From contig JBCCHT010000051.1 of NCBI GenBank assembly GCA_039028615.1, positions 1 through 64,000 of the forward strand: a DNA stretch of 64,000 nt. The letters run 5' to 3'. The first letter of the stretch is position 1. Every line of letters begins with the position of its first letter. Below the pieces are notes generated by a model. That model made no database searches and had not been told where the DNA came from. It was given only the letters and a program-made list of their open reading frames with translations. Shown one piece after another: positions 1-8,994 of the stretch. The translations under genes were made by a program, and so were the position numbers. Source of the DNA: Myxococcota bacterium (GTDB lineage Bacteria; Myxococcota_A; Polyangia; Nannocystales; Nannocystaceae).

Positions 1-2
1 CC

Positions 3-599
3 GAGCAGGAGTACCCCGCGCTGGGCGTGGGCCTCGGGTTCCACAAGCGCGTCTTCAACTACATGACCAGCGACGCCGGCCAGGCCCTGCAGCTGCACTA
101 CGTCGCCCGCAAGTCGCTCGACGCCAAGACCGAGTCGCTCGTCACCGGGCATAGCCTGGGCGGCGCGGCATCGCAGATCTTCAGCTACTACCTCAGCCGC
201 TACCTGCGGGAGAGCGGGTTTTCGGTCGACGGATTCCCCGTCTACAACTTCGCCTTCAACCCGCCGCAGAGCGTGAGCCACAGCTTCAAGGTGGCCATGA
301 TCCAGGAATCGGGCGCCGGCTTCTTCACCCCCTTCAACTTCTCGGTCCGGCGCGATGCGATCAGCACCTGGGCCACGCCGTACATGCACGGGGCGGTCAA
401 CCAGCCCAACCGCCTGGGCACCTTCCCCGACGAGTTCGACTACCTCGCGCACGCGGAACTCGAGCCCATCATCGACAAACCGGCGCAGATCGAAAATCAC
501 CTGCTCGCAGGTGCAGCGCTCGATCGCTGGGCGAACACTTGCTACTGGCAGCCTCAGGTCCCGGCCCTGATGGGGAGCCAGTACCACCCGTCCTGGTAG
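3..599 (+). CDS. Lipase class 3-like alpha/beta hydrolase, 5'-truncated by window edge
   Basis: Nucleophile elbow VTGHSLGGA, preceded by a GFH motif; frame is open from position 3 to TAG at 597-599. Confidence 0.75.
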   Translation, partial: EQEYPALGVGLGFHKRVFNYMTSDAGQALQLHYVARKSLDAKTESLVTGHSLGGAASQIFSYYLSRYLRESGFSVDGFPVYNFAFNPPQSVSHSFKVAMIQESGAGFFTPFNFSVRRDAISTWATPYMHGAVNQPNRLGTFPDEFDYLAHAELEPIIDKPAQIENHLLAGAALDRWANTCYWQPQVPALMGSQYHPSW

Positions 600-717
600 C
601 TGTAGGGGAATCGATCACAAAAAAATCTCCGATCAAAATTCGGAGAGTCGAATACTTCCGTCTTCGCTGGGGCACTCCCTGCTCTGGATGGGGGTTCGCG
701 CACGGTCGTGTGGCGCC

Positions 718-1620
718 ATGCTCGCTCAATTGTTGCGAGGCATGGTCGCGGTGGGGCTCGGCCTGTGGATGGGCTGCGACACGAACGCGTTCCTCTGCTC
801 GGACGACGCCGACTGCACCTGGAACGGCCAGGATGGCGTTTGCGAGTTCTCCGGGTACTGCAGCTTCAGCGACGAGACCTGCGACTCCGGGAAGCGCTAC
901 GGCGAGTTCGCGGGCGGCTCGCTGGGCCTGACCTGCGTGGAGTTCGATGAGGCCGGGTCCAGCGATGGCGCCGACCCGGCGGATGGCGACCCCGCTCCGA
1001 CCGAACCTCCGACGCCTCCGAACGAGCCGAACCTGCCCGCAGACCCCGAGTGCTGGCGCGACGGTTTCGATGACGCTTCGCTCGACTCCACCTGGTGCGT
1101 GGAGACACCGCCCGGCATCGAGGCCTCCGAAGCGCAGGGCGTGCTGAGCTTCGACCTGGCCCCCGCCCAGTGGGAAGGCGGCGAGCAGCTGGGTCAGATC
1201 CTCAACTGCGACCCCCGACCACTCCACGACATGACCGTTTCGACGCGGGTGGCCTACGTCCCTCAGGTCGCCGACGCCGAGGCCTACTTCGAGGTGCGAG
1301 GCACGGGATTCGGCGCGGGCATCGGAGTCACCAACGGCGAACTGTATGCGTTCGATCAGGTCGACGACGACTACCAGTACCACGGCGAGCAGCCCTACGA
1401 CCCCGAAGGCCACCGCCACTGGCGCGTGCGGGGGAGCGACGAGGGGCTCGTGACCGAGGTCTCCGCCGACGGCCACACCTGGATGCACCTGCACACCTAC
1501 GGCGTCGATCTGTCCGACGCGAGCGGAGCCGTCGCGCTCGGCATCTGGAGCGAGGCAGCCCCACCCATGGCCGATCGGGCCCAGTACGACTGGCTCGAGA
1601 TCTGTGGGACCCCGAACTGA
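718..1620 (+). CDS. Putative lipoprotein with N-terminal Cys-rich module and C-terminal beta-sandwich/lectin-like region
   Basis: Hydrophobic signal ending WMGC; CSDDADC...GVCEFSGYCSF...C...GKRYG module; Pro/acidic linker; strong GC3 bias. Confidence 0.7.
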   Translation: MLAQLLRGMVAVGLGLWMGCDTNAFLCSDDADCTWNGQDGVCEFSGYCSFSDETCDSGKRYGEFAGGSLGLTCVEFDEAGSSDGADPADGDPAPTEPPTPPNEPNLPADPECWRDGFDDASLDSTWCVETPPGIEASEAQGVLSFDLAPAQWEGGEQLGQILNCDPRPLHDMTVSTRVAYVPQVADAEAYFEVRGTGFGAGIGVTNGELYAFDQVDDDYQYHGEQPYDPEGHRHWRVRGSDEGLVTEVSADGHTWMHLHTYGVDLSDASGAVALGIWSEAAPPMADRAQYDWLEICGTPN

Positions 1621-1627
1621 CACCGCC

Positions 1628-2440
1628 ATGCAGACATCACCCGTCCTTTCGCGTCCTGGCCCTCCGCCGATCCCCGGCCCGGACTGGTATGCTCGTTTTC
1701 GGATGCCCACGCCCGACGAGGACGCGCAGGACTTCGAGGACACGCTCCGGCCTTCTCGCGCCCGTCGGAACCTCGTCGGGGACGACGAAGCCACCGTCGT
1801 CGCCCGAGCGCCGCAGCCCGAGCCCGACGAAGAAGAAGCCACCGTCGTCGCCCGCTCGCCCTTCGCCCCCGATCGGGGCGACGACACCGTGGCCAACGCC
1901 AAGCCCTCGCTGATCGGAGACCACGACGTCACCGCCGTCGATCGACTGATGGCCCCCGGCTTCACCCCGCGAGGCGAAGCCACCGCCGTCACCCGCGCCC
2001 CCGAGCCGGACGACGACGACGACGTGCTGGCGAACGAGACGCTCCGGTCCTACCGGCCCCCTCCGGTCGAGGCCAACCTCTCTGGCGAGACCATCAAGCC
2101 CTTCGCCACGCCCGGCGACGACCTGTCCGGGCAGACGCTCAAACCCTACCGCGCGCCCGATTTCGACGACGAGCTGTCCGCCGTCACCATCAAGCGCCAC
2201 CGTCCGCCCGTCGAAGCCAAACCCCAAGACGACGACGACGACGAGCCCGTCACCAAGACGCTGAAGGCACGGGCGCAACGCGGCGAGGAGTTCGAAGAAA
2301 AGACGGTGCCCCGCCCCGCCGTGCAGGTCCCCGACAGCGAGCTGCAGCCCCCCAAGCCGCTCGTCCCGGCCTACGTGTGGCTGCTCGTCGGTGCGGCCGC
2401 GGTGGTCGGGGCCTACTTGGTGCTCGGCCCGCAGCCGTAG
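1628..2440 (+). CDS. Hypothetical acidic, Pro-rich repeat protein with C-terminal transmembrane anchor
   Basis: Repeats DDEATVVAR/EEEATVVAR and L(S/A)xxT(I/L)(K/R)x(Y/F/H); C-terminal VWLLVGAAAVVGAYLVLG; followed by a terminator. Confidence 0.7.
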   Translation: MQTSPVLSRPGPPPIPGPDWYARFRMPTPDEDAQDFEDTLRPSRARRNLVGDDEATVVARAPQPEPDEEEATVVARSPFAPDRGDDTVANAKPSLIGDHDVTAVDRLMAPGFTPRGEATAVTRAPEPDDDDDVLANETLRSYRPPPVEANLSGETIKPFATPGDDLSGQTLKPYRAPDFDDELSAVTIKRHRPPVEAKPQDDDDDEPVTKTLKARAQRGEEFEEKTVPRPAVQVPDSELQPPKPLVPAYVWLLVGAAAVVGAYLVLGPQP

Positions 2441-2462
2441 GCGGGCGCGACCCGAGCCCCAC

Positions 2463-2503
2463 AAAAAAACGCGCCGGGTCCGAGAACCCCGCGCGTTTTT
2501 TTT
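2463..2503. terminator. Bidirectional intrinsic terminator
   Basis: A-tract, CGCGCCGGG / CCCCGCGCG stem, T-tract; lies between convergent genes. Confidence 0.85.
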
Positions 2504-2524
2504 CACCGGGCAACCCCGGCTCGC

Positions 2525-3157
2525 TCAGCTTCCGACGTGGATCTTCGAGGCTCCGCTGGCGTCCTTGGAGACCGTGCCCGGATTCCCGTGCACGTTGATC
2601 GTGCTGGCCCCGCTGGCGTCGACATCGACCTCTCGCGTCGCGGTGACCGAGACCTTCGACGCTCCCGACGCCTCGACGTCGACCTTGGCGGCGGACAAAT
2701 CCTTGGCGTGCAGCTGCGAAGCACCGGACACATCGACCTCCAGCGCCTCGCTCTGACCGCGGATCGTCGCCTGGCTGGCGCCCGACAGGTCGACCTCGAA
2801 GTTCTCTGCCTGCACCCCCGAAATGGTCACCGTGCTCGCGCCACCCGCATCGAGCTCGACCAGGGTCGGCGTGGCGATGGTCACCGTGAGCGGCAAGTCG
2901 GTCATCACGCGCCCCGGCAGGTCCACGTGCAAGCGAGAGCCGTCGACCTCGGTGCGTACCTTCGGCACCACGTTGTCGTCGCCGGAGACGCTCACCGCCG
3001 TGCTCTCGCCGACGACCACCTCGACGCGGAAGGGCCCGCCGACATCGATGGAGTCGAAGTCGCCCGGGCTGCGGGATTCATCGCCCCGAACCCCGCTCCC
3101 GCTGGTACACGCGGCGACGGACAGTGCGAGCAAGACGGGACACAGGGCTTTGCGCAT
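2525..3157 (-). CDS. Head GIN domain (DUF2807-like) lipoprotein
   Basis: Lipobox VAAC; repeated xSGASx beta-helix motifs (DLSGAS, DVSGAS, EASGAS, DASGAS). Confidence 0.9.
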   Translation of the reverse strand: MRKALCPVLLALSVAACTSGSGVRGDESRSPGDFDSIDVGGPFRVEVVVGESTAVSVSGDDNVVPKVRTEVDGSRLHVDLPGRVMTDLPLTVTIATPTLVELDAGGASTVTISGVQAENFEVDLSGASQATIRGQSEALEVDVSGASQLHAKDLSAAKVDVEASGASKVSVTATREVDVDASGASTINVHGNPGTVSKDASGASKIHVGS

Positions 3158-3190
3158 GGTGGGACTCCAGCTGATCACGGCGGCGTCCAC

Positions 3191-3216
3191 AACCCCACGG
3201 CGACCGGGGTCATTCC
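3191..3216 (-). promoter_or_regulatory. Candidate ECF-type promoter GGAAT-N18-GTT upstream of the GIN-domain gene
   Basis: Minus strand reads GGAAT gaccccggtcgccgtggg GTT, ending 33 bp upstream of the ATG. Confidence 0.3.
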
Positions 3217-3273
3217 ATCTATTTTTCGCGGCCGGCAGTCGGCCCCAAGAGGGCCTCTGCGAGCTTCTATGGC

Positions 3274-3705
3274 CTAATCGAGCGCCGTCTCCACGCAGGT
3301 GATGTAGCGCCGCTGGGCCCGGTCGACCTCGATCACCAGGGCCTCGTGCTGCCGATCGAGCGCGGCCCGCAAGGTCTCGCTCTTCGCCATCTGCCGAAGC
3401 AAGGCCTTGCGCTCTTCGACCATGACTTGCACGTCCAGGTCGGTGGCCCCTCGGCTGAGCTCGGCGGCGATCTTCTGCGCCAGCATCGACGCTCGGGTCC
3501 CCATTCGCTCGCGGTCCTTGCCGCTGCGCTCGAGCGCCTCTTCCATCACCGTCAGCGCGCCCTGAGTCGCACCGACCTCGATCAACATGTCGTCACATCG
3601 GATGCTCTGTTCGGTGCTCGAGGTCGCAGCGTAGGCCGGGTTCACCACCACCGAGCCGATGCCCAAACCAACCATCAACGACAAGCAAAGCGTTCTACGA
3701 GACAT
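3274..3705 (-). CDS. Secreted coiled-coil hypothetical protein
   Basis: Signal peptide ending AYA; helical heptad-like body bracketed by two Cys. Confidence 0.65.
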   Translation of the reverse strand: MSRRTLCLSLMVGLGIGSVVVNPAYAATSSTEQSIRCDDMLIEVGATQGALTVMEEALERSGKDRERMGTRASMLAQKIAAELSRGATDLDVQVMVEERKALLRQMAKSETLRAALDRQHEALVIEVDRAQRRYITCVETALD

Positions 3706-3718
3706 GCCGGACTAGAAT

Positions 3719-3734
3719 CCAAGCCGCGTGCCAA
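3719..3734 (-). promoter_or_regulatory. Candidate sigma54-like -24/-12 element
   Basis: TTGGCACGCGGCTTGG on minus strand; perfect -24 box, TTGG instead of TTGC at -12. Confidence 0.35.
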
Positions 3735-3916
3735 CGGTGGCACGTCGCTCGGGTCGAGTGATCACAACGATGTGCGTGGCCCGCCGAGCGCGGCGATGAT
3801 GGCGTTTCACCACCGTCGCAATCGGTAGCCTGGCGACCGTCGTAGCCCCCGTGCAAACCCTGCCGACGCGGCGAAACTCGCCGATCCGGCCCGAACGCAG
3901 CGAGGCGCAGGTGTCC

Positions 3917-5350
3917 CTACACGCCGGGGAACCAGCTCTCGAGCGCCGGGCGGAGTCGCTGAGCCCACGCCGCCTCGTTGTGCATGGCGCCCGGCGTCCA
4001 CGTGTAGAAGAGGTCGACCTGGTCCGTCCACCCGAGCCCGAACAGCAGGTCGCGGAAGCGAATGTTCCCGCAGTAGTTGTCGGTGTCGCCGTCGGGGCAT
4101 CCCATGCCCTCGTCGCCGCCGCTGTCGAGATAGATGTTCAGACCCGTGGGGGTATCGGCCTGGTAGAGCGAGTCGATGGTCGCGTTGTCGGTGCCCAAGG
4201 TGCCCCAGTCGATGGTGCCCGACATCGAGCCCGCATGACCGAACAGCTCCTGGTGCCGCCAGCCGATGAACAGGCTCGCCAGGCCGCCGAGCGAGGACCC
4301 CATGACCCCCACCAGGGCGGGATCGTCGGACACGGGGTAGCGCTGCTCGATGAAGGGCTTGATGCCGCCCACGAGGAAGTCGGCGTACTCGTCGGCGCGC
4401 CCGCCCACCTCCATGCCATCGATGATGTCGGTGACGAAGGTGTACTCGTCCATGCGCGCGGCCGTGTTGTCGATGCCCACGACGATGAGCGGCTGTACCG
4501 AGCCCTCTTCGATGGCCGCGTCGAGGGTCTCGCCGACCATCCAGCCCCCGAAGAAGGCCTCGGGTGAGAACAGGTTCTGGCCGTCCTGCATGTACAGCAC
4601 GGGGAGGTCGCTCAGCTTGCCCGCGCCCTGGGGCACGTAGGTGGTGACCGTGCGGGGCTCGAGGCTGCCCACGCCCTCGTCGAACCCAGGCCAGCGCTCG
4701 TAGTGGCTGCGATCGGGCATGGGATCGATCTGCGAGTACTCGCCGAACTCGTCCCAGCCGTGGCGGCGCGCCAGCGGATCGGCGAAGAACTCTTTGTCTC
4801 CGCGCACGATCTTGTACAGCCCCTCGGGCGGGATCAAAAGCTCGATGCGGGCGGTGTAAAAGCCGAGGTCGGGCACCGCCTCGACCAGCTCGACTTGCCC
4901 CGGCACCCAGGCATTGAAGTCGCCCGCCACGGACAGGTCGTCGTCGGGCTCGCCCCAGTAGGCCACGCAGAACTCGTTGCCCTGCACGCCCGGGAACCCG
5001 CGGTCGCCGTAGGTCATGGTGCGGATGTACTCGTCGACCAACGCGACCTGGGCCTTGCCGTCGGCCTTCTCCAGTTCTGCCACCAGGGTGTCGAGGTCGG
5101 TGCAGTCCCCCATCGAGGGCGGCGGCAGGTCGGGCTCCGTCTCGGTGTCTCCACCCGACGAGCTGTCGGGGTCGGGTGGCGGCGGCGTCGGAGAGTCGTC
5201 GCCCACCGACGTGGGATCGGAGATCGACGACACGGTCGTGGCCGAGCTCGATCCCGAGCCGTCCGACGCGTCGCCCGACGAAGCGTCATCACCGCAACCA
5301 CCGACGACGAGCACCGTCGCCAACCCGATCCCACCGTAAGACAACCGCAT
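3917..5350 (-). CDS. Lipoprotein esterase (Fes/IroE-like alpha/beta hydrolase) with N-terminal CBM48-like sugar-binding domain
   Basis: Lipobox VGGC; SVAGDFNAW...YKIV...DPLA; PVLYMQDGQNLF; GSSLGG; HNEAAW. Confidence 0.85.
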   Translation of the reverse strand: MRLSYGGIGLATVLVVGGCGDDASSGDASDGSGSSSATTVSSISDPTSVGDDSPTPPPPDPDSSSGGDTETEPDLPPPSMGDCTDLDTLVAELEKADGKAQVALVDEYIRTMTYGDRGFPGVQGNEFCVAYWGEPDDDLSVAGDFNAWVPGQVELVEAVPDLGFYTARIELLIPPEGLYKIVRGDKEFFADPLARRHGWDEFGEYSQIDPMPDRSHYERWPGFDEGVGSLEPRTVTTYVPQGAGKLSDLPVLYMQDGQNLFSPEAFFGGWMVGETLDAAIEEGSVQPLIVVGIDNTAARMDEYTFVTDIIDGMEVGGRADEYADFLVGGIKPFIEQRYPVSDDPALVGVMGSSLGGLASLFIGWRHQELFGHAGSMSGTIDWGTLGTDNATIDSLYQADTPTGLNIYLDSGGDEGMGCPDGDTDNYCGNIRFRDLLFGLGWTDQVDLFYTWTPGAMHNEAAWAQRLRPALESWFPGV

Positions 5351-5400
5351 TGCGTGCACACAGTAGCAACCCAGGCCTCGCAGGTGCGTCTTGGTAGTCG

Positions 5401-6045
5401 ATGAGTCAACGTCGCGCGCGCGTCCCCGATTGGATCAAGGCGGTCACCGTGTTGCTCCTCGGCCTCTGGGTGCTGATGAACGTCGCTTATCGGCTCGGCG
5501 CGGGCGGCTTCTCCGTGCATGGCTCCGATTTGGACCTCCAGCGAGAATTCGATTCCTCGCTCTTCGAAGTCGATGACTCGCGCTCGATTGCGTTCGTGCT
5601 CTCCGAACGGGGCGACGTGTCCCTCGTCCGCTACGAGCCGGGCCTCATCCCCTTCCGGCCCGTGTGCGGCATGAAACAGATGGCGGGCAGCGTCATCCCC
5701 GGCGAGGCCTTCAAGAAGGGCCGCTGGATCTACACCCAGTTTCCCGAGATGGAAGGCCCCGACGTCTTCGACCTCGAGACGGGCGAGCTGCACACCCTCG
5801 ATCCACCCGAGCCCCCCAAGGGCATCATCGATCCCGCCACGATCCCGTTTTATGCCGAGCGCGGCCTGACCTTCGACGACGAGCATCGCATCGAGCCCAT
5901 CTGGGTCGCCGACAACCACGACAACCTGTCGCACATCAACGAGAGCTGCATGGCCATCAACGCGGCGTTCTTCCTGCTCTTCGCGTTGATGTTCGTGTTC
6001 ACCCTGATCGCGCTGGTGCTGTCGCTGTTCCGTCGCCCCGCGTAG
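5401..6045 (+). CDS. Hypothetical membrane protein with two TM helices
   Basis: N- and C-terminal hydrophobic segments; GC3 bias. Confidence 0.65.
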   Translation: MSQRRARVPDWIKAVTVLLLGLWVLMNVAYRLGAGGFSVHGSDLDLQREFDSSLFEVDDSRSIAFVLSERGDVSLVRYEPGLIPFRPVCGMKQMAGSVIPGEAFKKGRWIYTQFPEMEGPDVFDLETGELHTLDPPEPPKGIIDPATIPFYAERGLTFDDEHRIEPIWVADNHDNLSHINESCMAINAAFFLLFALMFVFTLIALVLSLFRRPA

Positions 6046-6053
6046 ACGCAAGA

Positions 6054-6086
6054 AGGCCCGCCGCGTCGGAACGGGCGGGCCTCCTT
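6054..6086. terminator. Probable hairpin terminator between convergent genes
   Basis: AGGCCCGCC / GGCGGGCCT inverted repeat. Confidence 0.5.
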
Positions 6087-6115
6087 GAAAGGAACGAGCG
6101 CGAGGCTCGAGCGGC

Positions 6116-7315
6116 TCAGCTGGCGACCCGCAGGTGGGGACGCACGGTCCGGCCGGCGTCGCGCCCCGACATCTGGCCGTACAGCTGGAAGAGCTTTTCG
6201 AAGTGACCGTCCATGGTGCCGATCTGTCGGCCCGCCACGGCGCAGGCGCTGCGCAGCTGGTCGCGATCGCGATCGAGCAGGCGGCCGATGGCCAGGGCGC
6301 ACGAGCTGGGGTCACCCGCCTCGTAGGTCTCCGCGTGACCGGGGCCCGCCAGGGCTCCCGCACCACCGCGGTTGGGCACGATGATCGGCACGCCCGAGCA
6401 GATCGACTCGGCGACGACCAGGCCGTAGGTCTCGGCGGCCGAGCCGTGCAGGAGACCATCGGCGCTCGCCATGGCGGTGGCCATGGCCTCGCGGGAGCCG
6501 ACGTAGCCGGCCAGGTGCACGCCGGGGATCTTGGCGATCTTGCGCTTGATGCTGCGCTCCATCGCGCCGCGTCCGAAGAGCACGAGACCGATGGGACGCT
6601 CGCGAGCGGCCAGGCGGAAGCCCTCGAGCATGGTGGGCACGCGCTTTTCGGGGTCGAGACGGCTGACACTGATGAGCAGGTCGGCATCGGGACCGAGGCC
6701 GCAGTCGGCCAGCAGTCGCGCCCGCATGCGCTCGTCTCGGTGGTCGGGCGAGAAGCCCTGCTTGTCGATGCCGAAGGGCACCACGCGAGCGCCCGTGACC
6801 CCATGCTCGGTGATGCGTCGGCCGAGCCACTCCCCGCTGACCACGGTGGCGTCGTAGCCCGCCGACAGGCGCCGCAGGCCGGACCAGATCGGCCGCGACC
6901 AGCGGTCGACCCGACCGAAGCTCAGGCGCGGCGCGAGGAAGGTCTCCGGCCACACGGCGACCGGATCGGTGTGGAACACGAACGCCTTCTTGGCGCGGCC
7001 CTGCCACTTCGAGACGGCCCAGCCTCCGCCCAGCGGCGACGAGCCCTCGACGATGTCCGCGTCCTCGCGATCGAGGATCTCGTGGATCGCCTGCGAGCGC
7101 GTGAACAGACCGTAGCGATTGTCGAAGGGCGAGCGCGGGCCCTTGACCCACACGATGCGGCCGCCGTCGACTTGGTCCTCACGATCGTGATAGCCGGGCG
7201 CCACGATCACCATCTCGTGGCCGGCCTTGGCCGCAGCCGCCAGCTTGTGATGGACGTACGTACGCACGCCGCCACCGCGCTCGGAGTAGGATTCGGATAC
7301 GTCGACGATCTTCAC
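6116..7315 (-). CDS. Glycosyltransferase family 4 (GT-B)
   Basis: N-terminal YSERGGGVRTY; VSRLDPEKR; ETYGLVVAES (E-x7-E). Confidence 0.9.
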   Translation of the reverse strand: MKIVDVSESYSERGGGVRTYVHHKLAAAAKAGHEMVIVAPGYHDREDQVDGGRIVWVKGPRSPFDNRYGLFTRSQAIHEILDREDADIVEGSSPLGGGWAVSKWQGRAKKAFVFHTDPVAVWPETFLAPRLSFGRVDRWSRPIWSGLRRLSAGYDATVVSGEWLGRRITEHGVTGARVVPFGIDKQGFSPDHRDERMRARLLADCGLGPDADLLISVSRLDPEKRVPTMLEGFRLAARERPIGLVLFGRGAMERSIKRKIAKIPGVHLAGYVGSREAMATAMASADGLLHGSAAETYGLVVAESICSGVPIIVPNRGGAGALAGPGHAETYEAGDPSSCALAIGRLLDRDRDQLRSACAVAGRQIGTMDGHFEKLFQLYGQMSGRDAGRTVRPHLRVAS

Positions 7316-7542
7316 GGTGCTGGGCGGATGAGCAGCCTCGTCGTCGCGCTCGTTGCGCGAATCTGCGGGCGCTCGGGTCCGAGGGCGGTAGTCCTCCGAC
7401 CGCCCCGTTTGGATCCAACGAAACGTGGATTTTCGTCCCGCCCCAGCTCACACCCGATGGCGGGTGACGGCGCCGCCCGAGTGCGCACGGAGCTGCGCAC
7501 TCGGAGGGGCCCTCGGGGGCGAGAGCGACCAGCGTCAGGGCG

Positions 7543-8301
7543 TCAGAGCGTCAGCGCCAGGGCGACCACGCCACCTGCCAACAGCACCAAGACGCCCGCG
7601 ATGAGCCACAGCAGGGTGGTGCTGCTCGACGACCGCGCCGCGACCGGGCGGGCGGAGACCCCGATGGGACCGGTCACCTCGGCCTGGGCCAGCGGTTGAG
7701 GCCCGGTGATGTCCGCGTATCCGTAGACCTGCTGGCCCGGGTCGGTGGTCGGGTTCGACAGGGCCGGAGGAGACGCGGAGAGAATGGGCACCTCGCCCGA
7801 CCGCAGGGTCTGCACGCGCGCCCGCGGCGGTACGAGCTCGGTGGCCGAGTCGTCGGGAGACACGGAGACCGCGACCTCGCCACAGACCGGGGCCGGATCG
7901 TCGCGGCCCACGTCGGACGACTCGTCGTAGCGCGAGGTCGGGGTGCGACGGCGACGGCCGGGCACGGCGGCGGCCAGCTCGGCCTCCCGTTGTTTGGCCT
8001 CGGCCTTTTTCTTCAACGCCTCGGCTTGGGCGCGAGCTTTTTCTTCGGCGCGACGCGACGCGATCAGTGGATCGACCGGCGTGGGGATCCACGAGCGCGG
8101 CACCATCGGTTGCTCGTCGGCGTCGGCCTCGTCCCACGCATCGGAGGGCGGAGGCGCGGGCATGGGAGCCCGGACCGTCTCGTTGGTCGGCGCGGTGGGG
8201 ATGGGCGCTCGCACGGTCTGCTCCCGCACGATTTCCCCGCTGACCGAAATCGCATCGTCGCTCGGGTGAGGCGATGCACTCGCGCGTAGAGGTTCGGACA
8301 T
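7543..8301 (-). CDS. Hypothetical Pro-rich protein with C-terminal TM anchor
   Basis: EQTVRAPIP/NETVRAPMP repeat, short coiled coil, C-terminal LLWLIAGVLVLLAGGVVALAL. Confidence 0.6.
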   Translation of the reverse strand: MSEPLRASASPHPSDDAISVSGEIVREQTVRAPIPTAPTNETVRAPMPAPPPSDAWDEADADEQPMVPRSWIPTPVDPLIASRRAEEKARAQAEALKKKAEAKQREAELAAAVPGRRRRTPTSRYDESSDVGRDDPAPVCGEVAVSVSPDDSATELVPPRARVQTLRSGEVPILSASPPALSNPTTDPGQQVYGYADITGPQPLAQAEVTGPIGVSARPVAARSSSSTTLLWLIAGVLVLLAGGVVALALTL

Positions 8302-8592
8302 CGAGTCGCGACACTTTATCAGGCAAAATGCCACAACCAAGGATCGAGAAAACGAATTCCGTTCGCCGTCTTTGGTTTTCCGTCGAGTCGCAGTGAATCC
8401 GGTACGGTCCCTGCCGCTCCGTGCAATGCACTTCATCGAGTACGGACGGGCGAGGTCGCCCCCGCCGCTCGATTGGGTAACCTCGACCCCGGATCAACTC
8501 ATGCCCCACGGCCGCATGCTCGATTTTCAACCACGCGATCTCTCGACGCGCGACCGTGGCCGGAAACGAGCGGTGCAACGCGAGGCCCGACG

Positions 8593-8994
8593 ATGAAGTC
8601 TCCCGAGCACTTGTTCGTGTACGGCACCTTGCGCGAGGGGGCCGGTCACCCGATGCACGCGACGCTCGATGCGGGAGCGCGACGCGTGGGCGCGGCTCGA
8701 GTTCGCGGGCGCCTGTATCGACTCGATGGCTATCCCGGGCTCGTGCTCGATCCGGCCGCGGACTGGGTCCACGGAGAGCTGTATCGGCTGCACGACGCAG
8801 GCGTGCTCGACCCGCTCGATCGCTACGAAGGCGCACACCCGACCGATCCAGAACCCCTCGAATTCCGGCGGATTCAGGCCTCTGTGGTCGATTTCAAGGG
8901 CGAGGCCCGAGCGGCGTGGATCTATGTCTACGAGTGGGCCGTCGACGAGCACGCCCGCATCGGTTCGGGAGACTATCTACGGCCGGACTCATGA
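8593..8994 (+). CDS. Gamma-glutamylcyclotransferase family (AIG2-like)
   Basis: LFVYGTLR, YPGL, VHGELY, LDRYEG, AWIYVY. Confidence 0.9.
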   Translation: MKSPEHLFVYGTLREGAGHPMHATLDAGARRVGAARVRGRLYRLDGYPGLVLDPAADWVHGELYRLHDAGVLDPLDRYEGAHPTDPEPLEFRRIQASVVDFKGEARAAWIYVYEWAVDEHARIGSGDYLRPDS

